Of a stretch of DNA of 33,437 nucleotides, positions 9,753-21,609 are shown piece by piece. Source of the stretch: Sphaeroforma arctica JP610 (lineage: Eukaryota); assembly GCF_001186125.1 (NCBI RefSeq), contig NW_014040173.1, positions 1 to 33,437 of the forward strand, read 5' to 3'. The stretch's first letter is position 1. Each line of letters starts with the position of its first letter. Both the position numbers and the translations under genes were made by a program. The notes below the pieces were generated by a model, which saw only the letters and a list, made by a program, of their open reading frames with translations, was not told where the DNA came from and ran no database searches.

Positions 9753-11508
9753 TAGTTAATATTTAAATGGACCACATCAACTATAACTCGTGGAATAACT
9801 CAGAACACATCATTGTATTTACCAGGCTCATACATAATTCAGTGTCTAAATCTCACGTCCCCAGTTTGTCTGCATAGTCATCGTCCACACTAAGGCTGCG
9901 CAATGTACACATTTCCCGCCAACAGCAGTAAGACACTCACAGTAATACTCGGCAATGTCGTATTCATCATTTTCTTCCATCTTCAACCTAGCATACGCTT
10001 TGCATGAATCAGTTTTCATTGATCGAGGCATATGGGCTGTGACACACATTTGTCTGTCCATCTTTTGTGCCAATATTCGTATCTTCATCCACTTGAAAAC
10101 GAAAATTTTAATCACATCATTCATTCTGGCTCAGTTGAAACACCCTGAAAATCTGTCAGGATACTACCAGCATCATGTTTAACCGATATACGGGCAGCAG
10201 TACGGTTTTGCCCTTTTTGATATGTAGCAGAACCAAAATAATCCCTCATAAAGTCGACAGATATTACTGGTAATAAATTCCAATCTACACTATTTACAGG
10301 TGAGTATACGCACTTGAAGATAGGTGGTAGCGAACTGGGGTCATACACATCTAGCGCTTTATGTGGACATGTGAACGGATTGTATTCCCCGCCAGAATAA
10401 ACCCTAAAACCCCATTCGACATCAATGGTTGGTATACCAGAAAGTGAGATGCAATCTTTTTCACAATCAGCGGATACCCACGCGTGTGTATAACTATAAA
10501 GAGCCTGCGTGAATGATGACCTGCAATTATTGTACACACTCTTACCTAATACATCTTCTAGTGCATCCAGTATGTACTTGTGTGAGATACTAGTAGGTGA
10601 ATCTATTTTCTTCTTAAGATTTGTCATCAAATTTTGCTATTCGTTTTCCACCTACCCCTGTAAGTGCTTCGCCTGTTTGACGTAGTTGCCTAGTATGATC
10701 ACATCCCGATAGTAACACATACGCCAAAACTGCACCTTCAGTAATGCTCTACTTAGTCATAAAAGCCTTTCGATCATCATGTGTATATAGGCACACATTG
10801 AATTTCGTAGGTTTTACACGCATTTCTTCGTTAATTGGTTTAAGATAAACATTCAACCCCGTATACCCCAGAACGTCAGAATATACAGTAGCAATACATG
10901 ACGATGCCTCAGACTTGCAAGCAAGATATATAAGCTGCTGATCAGCTTCATAGGGTGTGACCATTCTAGGATACTGTTGCGTTGCACAAATGCCAAGAGC
11001 CACAAGGACGTGATCCCAAGTACGGATACACGCTACTTTAAGTGAAGAGAAACCTGTATTCTGCTTACCTAAACCTTTAGCATCTTCCTCATGCCACTTA
11101 TCAAAAGCCTTCTTGACATTCAGACTTTTTTGTCCGGCTTCGTAGCGCTTCGACGGCGGTACATCACCATCAAAAACATAGTAGGGTTCACAACCTAATT
11201 GCTTCGTTAGCGTAGTGTGGTAAAGCTGAAAGACAGCAACTATCTCTTTCTTAAGTGCAGGTGTACAGCCTCCGTTATTGTGTTTGTAAATTTCATTTGC
11301 TATTTCCTCAGCATTTGAGTAGCTAAAACGCGTACAGCGTGTGATTGCAAGATGCACTAAGCATGATGCATCTATGGAGATAGTACGGTTTTCAAACGCA
11401 TCAGACAGTGATTTAAAGTGTGTGGCGCACTTTTTTTAAATCATATATGGTTTGTAGTTCCCCATCGTAAATCTTTTTGAAATAGTGGAGTGCGTGATTG
11501 ATCCCCAT
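9606..11508 (-). pseudogene. XPG/FEN1/EXO1-family (PIN-like + H3TH) nuclease fused to a SWIM zinc finger, of ISL2EU-ORF2 type
   Basis: MGINHAL (ATG 11508), frameshift at the T-run 11431-11437, RTISIDASCLVH, YVFDGDVPPSK, TPYEADQQLIYL, TVYSD, stop at 10749, LLSGCD..GVGGKRIAK, frameshift ~10630, FTQALYSYTH, LPVISVDFMRDYFG..YQKG, AHMPRSMK, YCECLTAVGGKCVHCAALV (SWIM CxC..CxH), then PQQWQVP after a cag acceptor. Confidence 0.85.
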
Positions 11509-12680
11509 AGTGTTTAGCTGCGAGGAACTGTATGTGTATGCATGCGTGATATAGGAGTTATATTGATTTTGGGTTAGAAACCCGTTTCGGAAACTGTTTC
11601 GGAAATAATTCAAAATACCGGCTAAGAAACGGGTTTGTTCTAAAAAAAAAATCGAAGTTTATTTCAGATATTATTTACACAAGTAGCGAGCGAAGTTTTT
11701 TTTGTTTTGAAGTTAATATTATACACTGAATGCAGTATTTAAAAATAATATCTTATTGAATGTTTAAAAAAAAGTGTTTTTTTGGGAAGGAACCCACCCC
11801 TCCCCTTTTAAATTATGTTCCATTTTTATTCAATTATTATAATAATAAAAGACTTAGCTTTCTGACATCCTCCATTTATTTTATTGTGGTTTAATTATGC
11901 TTATATAGATATAACGAAGGTATGAAAATCATATTGAAGACATATAATTGAATATGCACACCAAATGGATGTCATTGATGGACACGCAGGCACGTAAATG
12001 GTGATTTTGAGCAAGCATAATAAGCCTTCTATACCACAAAGATGATTTCTGAACTAATAATACTTGAATTTATTATATATAAGAACCCTTAGAAGGTTCA
12101 AACAGCTAATACTCGACCTCGAAATCCAAGATTTGACATGGTCGAAAAGTGCACAATCCTGTTCATAAATCGATACATGACTGTATGAACCAGTAGAGCT
12201 ATCAACTTGGCTCCTTCGCAAAATTCTTTTGAAATGTTTTTAGAAAAAGTCTAGAAAATAAAATTGGGATTATGTCCAAAACCGGATATAGTGAATTAGG
12301 TTTGGTTCTTTAAAATCGAGTCCCCTTAGTCTATGGATGGGGTGTTAAAATATACTTAAAATATAAAAATGAAACATCTAGTATAAATAAAATTGATATG
12401 TAGTTTGAATTCGCAAAAAAGGGGTATTACGAGGCTATTTATTGATATCTCTCGCTTCGCACGCTACTTCTGTACATAGTAGTTTTAAAACTAGTATTTT
12501 ATATATTAAAAATATGCCAATTTGAATTCACTCGCTTCGCTCGCCACTTGCATAATATTTAAAAAAAAGGGATTTCTTTTGTAATGATGTCAAATTTTTG
12601 TTATTTTAAAATTAAAATGAAATTAGTATGTATATAATTTTTAAAAGGGGGGTGGCGGGGGGAGGGAGGGGGGGGGGGGG

Positions 12681-13425
12681 NNNNNNNNNNNNNNNNNNNN
12701 NNNNNNNNNNNNNNNNNNNNNNNNNNNNNNNNNNNNNNNNNNNNNNNNNNNNNNNNNNNNNNNNNNNNNNNNNNNNNNNNNNNNNNNNNNNNNNNNNNNN
12801 NNNNNNNNNNNNNNNNNNNNNNNNNNNNNNNNNNNNNNNNNNNNNNNNNNNNNNNNNNNNNNNNNNNNNNNNNNNNNNNNNNNNNNNNNNNNNNNNNNNN
12901 NNNNNNNNNNNNNNNNNNNNNNNNNNNNNNNNNNNNNNNNNNNNNNNNNNNNNNNNNNNNNNNNNNNNNNNNNNNNNNNNNNNNNNNNNNNNNNNNNNNN
13001 NNNNNNNNNNNNNNNNNNNNNNNNNNNNNNNNNNNNNNNNNNNNNNNNNNNNNNNNNNNNNNNNNNNNNNNNNNNNNNNNNNNNNNNNNNNNNNNNNNNN
13101 NNNNNNNNNNNNNNNNNNNNNNNNNNNNNNNNNNNNNNNNNNNNNNNNNNNNNNNNNNNNNNNNNNNNNNNNNNNNNNNNNNNNNNNNNNNNNNNNNNNN
13201 NNNNNNNNNNNNNNNNNNNNNNNNNNNNNNNNNNNNNNNNNNNNNNNNNNNNNNNNNNNNNNNNNNNNNNNNNNNNNNNNNNNNNNNNNNNNNNNNNNNN
13301 NNNNNNNNNNNNNNNNNNNNNNNNNNNNNNNNNNNNNNNNNNNNNNNNNNNNNNNNNNNNNNNNNNNNNNNNNNNNNNNNNNNNNNNNNNNNNNNNNNNN
13401 NNNNNNNNNNNNNNNNNNNNNNNNN
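12681..13425. other. Assembly gap
   Basis: Run of N flanked by a poly-G tract and by (ACACAG)n/(AT)n repeats. Confidence 0.99.
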
Positions 13426-13543
13426 AATACACACAGACACAGACACGGACACAGATATATATATATATATATATATATAATTGTTAGTGATGTATGTATT
13501 GATCAAAAACTATAACACAACCTACACGCTTTTCTTTCTCGGA

Positions 13544-13575
13544 AGGGTTTAGGGTTTTTAGGGTTTAGGGTTTTT
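13544..13575 (+). repeat. Short telomere-like (TTTAGGG-type) tract
   Basis: agggtttagggtttttagggtttagggttttt. Confidence 0.7.
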
Positions 13576-13927
13576 GCAACCGCACAAAGGTCGAAAATGC
13601 TCTAGGTTGGTTGTAAAAGCCCATCCACAGGTTAATTGTATTATACCTTTAATAATGTGATATAACAACAACTATGAAGTAAGTAACGCACATCATGTTT
13701 TAACAGCTTGTACGCGCGGTAGTATTTATCGTAATTACTTATTTAGCTAGGTACCAGCATTATGGGTGTATTGACATCAACCAATAGATCGAGGCGCTTA
13801 AAGATTATTCGTGGCTCTCTCAGGCCCTATGGTGGTCAAGGGTTGAAATCATACCAATCAACGGTGGTTCTAAGGTTTAACGTAATAAAAGCTGACTATA
13901 TATTCCAATAAAATTCGTATTTACTAT

Positions 13928-14160
13928 TGACCTTGTGATCACCTTGACCTTATTAACTAATAGAATCTATTTTTAAGGTCAAGCTTGACATTGTTTTCTT
14001 ATTAATTTTTGTATCACAGACCTTGACATGACCGAGGCCTTATTGACTAATGGTATCTATTTCTAAGGTCAAGCTTGACATTTTGTGATGTGTCTTTTCA
14101 CTCTATTGGCAAGCTTGACATCCTTTGACGTGTCAGCTACTAATGGAATCTATTTCTAGT
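13928..14160. repeat. Degenerate tandem array, period ~90 bp, rich in tgaccttga / aggtcaagcttgaca
   Basis: ccttatt.actaat.g.atctattt.taaggtcaagcttgacatt at 13948-13992 and 14038-14082, with partial copies at 14110-14160. Confidence 0.75.
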
Positions 14161-14629
14161 GCTCTTCTAGTGCTCCCTACATAAGTAAGATATCGTAGTT
14201 TGTACCGTTACCGGGTCAAGTCAAAATAATTACCCCCGGTACAAATTGTACTAAAATACCTATCCCGAAGAGTCTCCGGGTTAGCTTTTGGCACTGGTTA
14301 ATGGTGATATACTATTTAAATAAAAATTAAAAAAATTTAAAAAACGAGTAACGAGTCACTACACTTTTTCTTTTTTTTCGTCTTCTTTTTTTAGGGGTTA
14401 TTTATGAAAACCCCAAAAAGGGTGGGTCCGTGGCCCGTGCGTGGCGTAGATTACGTACTGAAAGTCTAAAATACGGACATCCTATTCGTAAAAATGCTGA
14501 ACTGAATACGTAAAACAAAGGCACCTCCTGGAGCCCCGAGGGCTGTGGCTCCTAAGCGCAACTTTCATGGTTCATTGGCCCTTTAAAAAAAACATTTAAC
14601 ATTCTTAACGTTAAAAGTAATCGCTTTTG

Positions 14630-14910
14630 ACTCTCGGCCTCTCACTACTCTCTCTATAAAGTAGAGTCGAGAGACAAGACTCGAGAGTCGAGAGTTTAGA
14701 GTCGAGACTCGAGAAACTGTTGTGGGACTGCGGGTCGCGGGAGAGAGAGAGAGTTGCTACTTGCGAAGTTGCGAGTCTTCTCTCTCTCGCTCTTCACTCT
14801 TGTGTGTGTGTGTGTGTGTGTATGTGTGTCGTGTCAGTGTGTGAGAGTCTGTGTGTGACTTCCTGTAAAGTTGTGAGTGAGCGAGTGAGTCTCGAGCGAG
14901 AGAGATAGAA
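14630..14910. repeat. Low-complexity (GA)n/(CT)n/(TG)n and gagagtcgagac repeats
   Basis: Seen directly in the sequence. Confidence 0.8.
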
Positions 14911-15781
14911 GGCTATAGACCTATCTATAACTGATCTGGTTTGGGTTAAAAAAAAAAGGTAGTAGTTTTCGATGTATTATACATGTCAAACACTTTGGAT
15001 ACTAAATAGTAATAAAAAAACATGTTTAAAAGAGATACATAATATGTTTTATACTATGTATATTGCTCTGTATGGGTTTTACTATACGTTTTAAACACTC
15101 ACTGTGTCAGTTATGTTGGTGTCATGTTTAGAATTTGTGACAACCACAAAAGTTTCAAAACTGAAACTCGAGACAAACTGAAACTTGAAACTGCTGATCA
15201 ACACTGAACACTACTGACAGTCTAACCATAAGGTTAAGTTATATTGATATATAAGTTAAACGTTTTACTTTTACTTTTGCGTTTGCAAACGTTGCAACGT
15301 TTTACTGTTTCAATTTGGACCTCAATTATTTCGTTTTGCTGCTCACGATAGTGCAATTATTCTCACTTTGGCCACGAAATGCAAAACCGACCCATGAAAA
15401 ACGACTGGGAAGTGATGACCGGTGAATATTTTTTTCTGGCAATATATTATATGGTACTTGTGAATTTGTGAAGTTGTCACACTTACTCACTAAATACTCA
15501 CTAGACACTAAGTCACTAATAACACACATAAAAGTCAAACCAATCGTGCTGGTAGACTGAGTTAGTGTGTAGCCTGTTGCCTATAGGCTGTAAATTATTG
15601 ATACCTCTTATCAATTATATATACCTTACTGCTAAAATATAAACAACGTCGATATCAACGTCCAGACAATCGATATCATCATGAACTCAATTGAAAACTT
15701 TACTAAAGTTTTAATTGAATTATGATATATACAGATAAACAACCTGTACGTATTCAGCACTCATTGACTATAGTTTACTAT

Positions 15782-16853
15782 CTATGACTCGGAGTGTACA
15801 TATATATCATTTTCTTCAGCTTCGTCCTCCACCTGCACAATTTCAACAGTTCGCGTTACAGCTTGCGTTGTTGCTGTCATTCGTGGCACGACAAACTTTA
15901 CAAGCTGATTAGCACCGACTCTAATGATAATCTGAATATCAGGATCACAACGATCACCACTGCCTTTTAAACTCATCGGTGAACATCATACTTGGTACTT
16001 CTGCACCCGGACCCAAGTGATATAGTTTATCATGTAGTATTTCTTCTTGTGCATCAGAATTAAACCTTTGTACTTTTGGATAAAAGATTTCTTACTAGTG
16101 TTGTTACTACAAACCACATTAGTTTCCTAACCCTCGATAAACGTCTGCACTGTTTGAAAACCTTAAATAAGGGCCATTGAAATGACAGGTTCCGTATCGT
16201 CCGCATCAGCACTAGCTTCTTGTACCACATAGTTGTGATTGTAGAATCGCGCAAAGTCATTATAGTCTTTGTCGGTGACTTTGAACTTATCAGGATTGAT
16301 AATGATCCCATCTCCTACGGTATGTATAGTTTAAAAAGCAAGTTAATTCTGTATTGAGAGTCTGAGAGTCGAAGATCAAAATTATTTATATATAAAAATG
16401 CTCAAATAAACATTGTCCCAACACTACAAATCAATACCTGTTATTACCCATTCCTCTGAATCAGCCAAGTTTGTGTTATGTCTGAGCTCGGTTGTAAAAC
16501 AAACCTTGGTTCTGACAGGCCCTATATACCCACTCCTTTCCATCATGTCATACTGTTCCTTGCTGATGTCTCCTAGCCGAACCTTGCGCTTTGTACATAC
16601 ATCTTTATAGGATTCCCACTGGCGTTCCTGTACCGTCATGTTCGCGGTAGTAAAGCATTTCATGGCAAATGGAGCAATGATGGGACATCCATGTATACCT
16701 ACAATTGTTGACCTCCATTCGCCTGGACCGTACTCTGGGTTGGCATAAGAGTGCATACGCTCGGCGAAGTAGCCCTGTTGAAGATAAAATTTGACGCTGA
16801 TCCGCTAAATCAGCGAGAACAGGATCTGTGTCACTATCAGCGTGTTTCATCAA
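15782..16853 (-). pseudogene. hAT transposase C-terminal part (dimerisation domain and tail)
   Basis: PGEWRSTIVGIHGCPIIAPFAMKCFTTANMTVQERQWESYKDVCTKRKVRL matches the hAT pattern P..WW..G..P.L...A.R.L....S..ERNWS.F..VHTK.RNRL. The tail (FIQKYKGL..YMINYITW) continues with stops after a probable intron at ~16315-16410. Confidence 0.7.
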
Positions 16854-17031
16854 TTAACTTACCACTAAAATAAATAGTAATTTAGTAACTGAATTTTTAT
16901 AAGTATCAAACACACATTTTGGCATGTGTGAGAGATTTATTATCAGTTTAGGTACTAGTTTTGACTAGAATAGCTGGAAATCCTTATCTTTGACATCTAT
17001 GTATGTGTGTATATGTAGGTTATAAAACAAG

Positions 17032-19076
17032 ATGGGAGTTCTAGGATTGTCCCCACTAGTGTCGCTTCTGTTAGTTAAGACCCCGTTGACGAGTATTGTA
17101 GGTGTTATAGATATCGATGCAAGCATGATCGCTCACCAAATAATGAGGACACACGCAGTTGATATCGTTTTAGATAAAAAAATTCAACATTTCCTGCTTG
17201 ATGTCTGGTCATCATTGCAACGTCTTCAGTCGTATGGTCGTGGCATCGTAAAACTCTTCATGGTATTTGACGGCTACAGAGTTAAGGAAAAATTGGCAAA
17301 CGAGAAGCGTGAAGAGAGTCGGAAAAAAAATCAATGCAACCAATAGAATAATATATAAAGGAATGCAATGCACATTTGCATATATTTTTGTTGTTAACTT
17401 TTGATCATATTTAAGTATATTTATTTAAAGTTGTGTTTGCATCCATGATTTATATACAACTCACTAAAAGATAGAATCAACCAATAGAAGAATATAAAGG
17501 TATATATGCATGCATGCATGCATGCATGTACATATGGGAGATCAGGCGTAGTGAATGTGTTCTACCGACGGAACGCACAGATATCCAACATCAGGGATAT
17601 TTTTTTAGCCTCAGAGGATGTGCCGGATGAAAGCAAGTTGAAGCCTGAAGTATTGGCTTTTCTACTGGCCGTTATCAAACATGGATTCGATGGTTTCTTG
17701 TTGCTTGTAGGACAGTTACTGCACACTGATTACCGAAGTCGTACAGGTATGACGACAGCATCTTTTGTTAAGTGGCTCACGCAGTATATTAGTCATTTCA
17801 ATGACAAGCCTTCAATTCAAAATGCTTTTGAGAATAAGGGATTTGACATGGATAATCATGCTGTATCTCAAATAGAGTGTATCAATACAAAGGGTATATT
17901 TTTCACACAGCCTGTATTTGCACGGAAGGAGTATCCAATTTCTGTTGAAGATGAAAGCTATGTACCATACGATGTGTTTGGGGAGGGCAAATCAATCAGC
18001 CGCTACGAACTAACTTGCCTTCATGATGTACTTACTAAGGCACGTAGAGAATTGTTAGGCCTACCAGCAATGTATTTGGAGGAGAAGACGGAGTCTCTTT
18101 ACATCTATATGCCAATAGATATGCAGTATAGCTACAGAATGGGTTATTATTATATCAAGTACCCTCCTTGGACACTCGAATACGATTATAATGTAGATTA
18201 TCAGCACTGGAGACCACGCTGGAGTAAGCTACTTCCATTAGATCCTATCCCTTGGAGTGCCACTTGTGTAGAGTCAGAAATTTGTGCGTTTGCCCTCATG
18301 AAAATACCAGCTCTGCGCACATATGCAGTCCAACGCAGTATTGTGATACCAGCTCGTTATAGTAAAAGAAAACTTATTGTTGAGATTTTAGCACAGAACA
18401 AATGCGGTGCTGAAGAGGCTGCTCGTACCTGAATGTGCTAAGGCTTTGTTGGCCGCTAGAAGAGATACTGAGGCGGATCTGAAAAACACGTGTAAGAAGA
18501 TGAACTTTTCTACTTGTTGTATCCAACGCAGTTGTTAAGACGTACTTTGAAAAGTCAGCGTACAAACTACGACAAGCAATTGAACAGCAGAAACGAAATG
18601 TGGTAGGATTGCAATATACAAGTGTACCGTTGCGTGATGATAAAGATACGAACGCTAATTATGTGGTTTCAGTCGAAGAATGCGCTTGCATGCTTCCATT
18701 GAAGGATTCCAAAAAAAAAAAGTGCCGACAGACGAAAGCGAGGGCGAGACCAAGATACTCAAGGTATGCTTTTGCCTTAATCATACCAATTGCGTTCACA
18801 TTCGTGCCACACTCGAACGTGTGTGACCGAAGACTCGAAAATATAATTCAAATCAGCATTATAATGCTTGCCCAACAATGTACTGGTCAAAGCAAAGACT
18901 TCCGATGCGCCGTTACTCGCGCAAAGTTTAATTCAATATCAAAAAGACATATGAATGCATTGAAGTCTCCGATGAGTGATACGGAAAGGAAGTTGTATGA
19001 AGCATATATAGCGACAAAACTAAATACGTACCCTGCTGAGAAGAAATGTCCTTACTGGAGGCGCAACACTAAATAA
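17032..19076 (+). pseudogene. XPG/EXO1-family nuclease + SAP-like + SWIM protein (second gene of the transposon), degenerate
   Basis: MGVLGL..IDIDASMIAH..FMVFDGYRVKEK...EKR (XPG-N). LLHTDY (H3TH-like). MKIPALRTYAVQRSIVIPARYSKRKLIVEIL (SAP-like). LLVVSNAVVKTYFEKSAYK. An alternative frame at ~18766-18798 gives CFCLNHTNCVH (SWIM). The XPG-I segment (EAD/DSD) is not visible; an AT-rich tract at 17346-17530 occupies its place. Confidence 0.75.
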
Positions 19077-19160
19077 ATCCGGGTACTAGTAGCTTAATAA
19101 ACGATTGAAAATAAAATACACAGACATGTTTTTCTGATCTTTGTTTGTATTGCTATTTGT

Positions 19161-21609
19161 TCATAACAAGTCCAAATCATCTTCACCCTCACTAAACACT
19201 AAATCAAAAAGTAATTCGTCCGCAACCAGGTCTGTGCTCGCCGCATTCTCATTACCTCCTTCGATGGATTCTTGGCCATCCACCAATCCGTGTTTGGTGG
19301 TTTGAGATTCACCAGACCCTGGCAACTTGGGCCTCATGGTCGGCTAAATCAATTTCCGAAAGTGATTTATTTAAACCACCGAATCCCCGATAACTCCTCA
19401 GTTCTTCCATCGTCCGCTCAATATTTGTTCTTTCTTTTGCGATATTTCTGTCGGTTTCTGCGCGTTCGGGTTCAAAAGCAAATTGGCCTTGTTGCCGCTT
19501 TTGTGGGGTCAACACTGCTATGCATAATTTCTCTAGTTCATAACGATCGGTTAGAACTTTATCATAAAGGTACACCATGATAGTCGAACCATCCCCAGCA
19601 ATCATTCTTGGCCCGTAGTTCTCGTTGTTATGCATCCCGGTATCTGTGGCGGATCCCGGGTATGTTTTCATAATGTCGCACACATATGTACCACTATTAC
19701 TAATAACATTGTGCTTATAAGTGGGATAGTTTTTATATTCACTATAAAATACGCTCTGAGCATCTATATCACAGCCTGGACGCTCAGCGCGTAATTCAAT
19801 TGCTTCGCCTATGTTAATCCCTACACCTTCCTGAATGTAGAAATACGGCCTCCGGTCAGTCTAAAATATCAAGATCAAATAAGATAACACATTGGCTTTT
19901 ATTTGTATTTAAAATAATTTAATACAAGTTTTCTTCTTCTTCAATATTCCCAAAGTGTTCTAAATTCACCTTGATGGCTCCAATAGCCTGAGTATTTGGT
20001 TTGACTCATTTACTTGGACCTATTTGAGACGATAGTAGATGTATGAAATTATAAACTAAATTTAATTATCTCTAAACTACTACTTACAGGTTTTGGTCAT
20101 CCCGCCAATCTTCAAAATCCAAAAAGTCTTTTTCTTTTATTAACTTTTCTTCAGATGGAACTTTATTAATTTTAGCTAATGTATTAACTTGACTTACCTT
20201 CTTATGTCTATCTGCAAATTCTAGTGAAAATTATTCAACTAGAGGTACGTCCTGAGTGATCGAGGATATTTAGGCTCTTAACAAGAGGCAGTCCCGATCA
20301 TTCTTGCACAAGCTACCACTGCTAAATCCTAACTGACTTAAATTGTATCTCAGTTTATATAACATAGTTTAAAACACAGAAATATCAATCGAAGGTTACA
20401 TGAAGATGTAATGCAGTGCGAGTACGTTCCGGAGTGAACTGTACCGACTGCTCAGCAGTCGGAAATGGCTGTCTGTTTTGAAATATTAAACTCAACGCTA
20501 TCGTGAATGTAATATAAATGCGTTTCACGGTATCATCCGTAATTCTGAAATACGCTCCTAATGAACTTAGATTATCTCGACTTTTTTTGAAAGCACATAA
20601 GCATATTAAAAATTTGTGCCACGTACTGAGTCTTGACGCACGGCCCTGCTGTGATATTTCTACGTCATCATCTTCACCTTCGCTGAAAACAACGCCCTCA
20701 TCACTTCCTTCTTCACCTTGCTTCTCCGCGTTCAATTGTGCACGACAATTTAATCTCTCTTTGTGAGACCACTTTACAAGCTCATCTAAACGATGGTCAT
20801 AATTCAACCAGTTGAATAAAAAATTTACGCACAGTAACGTTGGCTCCACTGTTTGTTCTAAACAGAAGCAGTGCTTCTTCAGCAAACTGATGAAGTATTC
20901 TCCCGGCTCAGGTATTGAAGTGGGTGTTGCGTCGTTGCTAGATGAGGGTACTGATATTGGTTGAACATGCGAATGTGTGCGCAAAATCGGAGTGAACACA
21001 TCGTTGATTTGTTTTGATATTGGTGTTATTTTCAACATCGAAGACTAGTATATTGATCCACTTGATCGAATCGTCAACATAACATGGTAAGAATACACCA
21101 TCTGTACTTGAAATATCCTTACCACATACTTCTTCACTATTTGTGCATACACATTTGGTGTATTGTATTCCCACTTCACCCCGAATTACAGGAACTCTAT
21201 CCAATTGATAGTCCCACTTTCATCGAAGTTCTCTAAAAGGTAGTGCGGAGACTGGGTGCATGTTAGGATATACTTGTGCGCCATTGTGTGTAAGATGCAA
21301 GTCCGTGATGCTGAAATGTTTCGCGTTGAGAACTGCATTGTTTGGTTTTCCTATACCTCCTCTTGTGGCCAACGCAGCAACGATATCTGCTTCCGTCAGA
21401 GCAGGATTCAATCTGTACAACCACTTGCGAGCTCTCATGGTTTCCGATTCAACGTTGCCTCTTTTTGCTTGACCTTTCGGTAATGATATTTTACAGCTGA
21501 CACCACTAAGACAATCGCGCACTCCACACAAACACTTCGACACCCCTTTACTTCGCTTCTTAGGTGGTTCAAACGCACCACGTCTGCTCGAAGAAGATAC
21601 TATATTCAA
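19161..21609 (-). pseudogene. ISL2EU/Harbinger-superfamily DDE transposase (THAP-like, HTH, DDE_Tnp_4-type core), interrupted
   Basis: CLCGVRDC..SLPK..ARKWL..VLNAKHF (THAP-like). RLSTWHKFLICL..LGAYFRITDDTVKRIYITF (HTH). After LTR removal: LHLQEGVGINIGEAIELRAERP..AQSVFYSEYKNYPTYK..YPGSATD..YDK..IAKERTNIERTMEELRSY. Stops at 21220 and 19309, frameshift ~21040. Confidence 0.88.
19836..20400. mobile_element. Solo LTR (565 bp) with 4-bp TSD TGAA
   Basis: Begins TGTA and ends TACA. tgaa lies at 19832-19835 and 20401-20404. Excision restores the transposase frame (ALHL|QEGVG). Confidence 0.88.

Noticed and set aside
12601..13515. Long ORFs spanning the first gap
   Set aside because: Artefacts of N runs and microsatellites.
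13544..13575. True chromosome end
   Set aside because: Only about four imperfect units with ordinary sequence on both sides.
9606..19076. Host FEN1/EXO1/XPG repair genes, or a giant-virus insertion
   Set aside because: Both genes are degenerate and fused to SWIM, one lies within TIRs beside a transposase, and no viral hallmark genes are visible.
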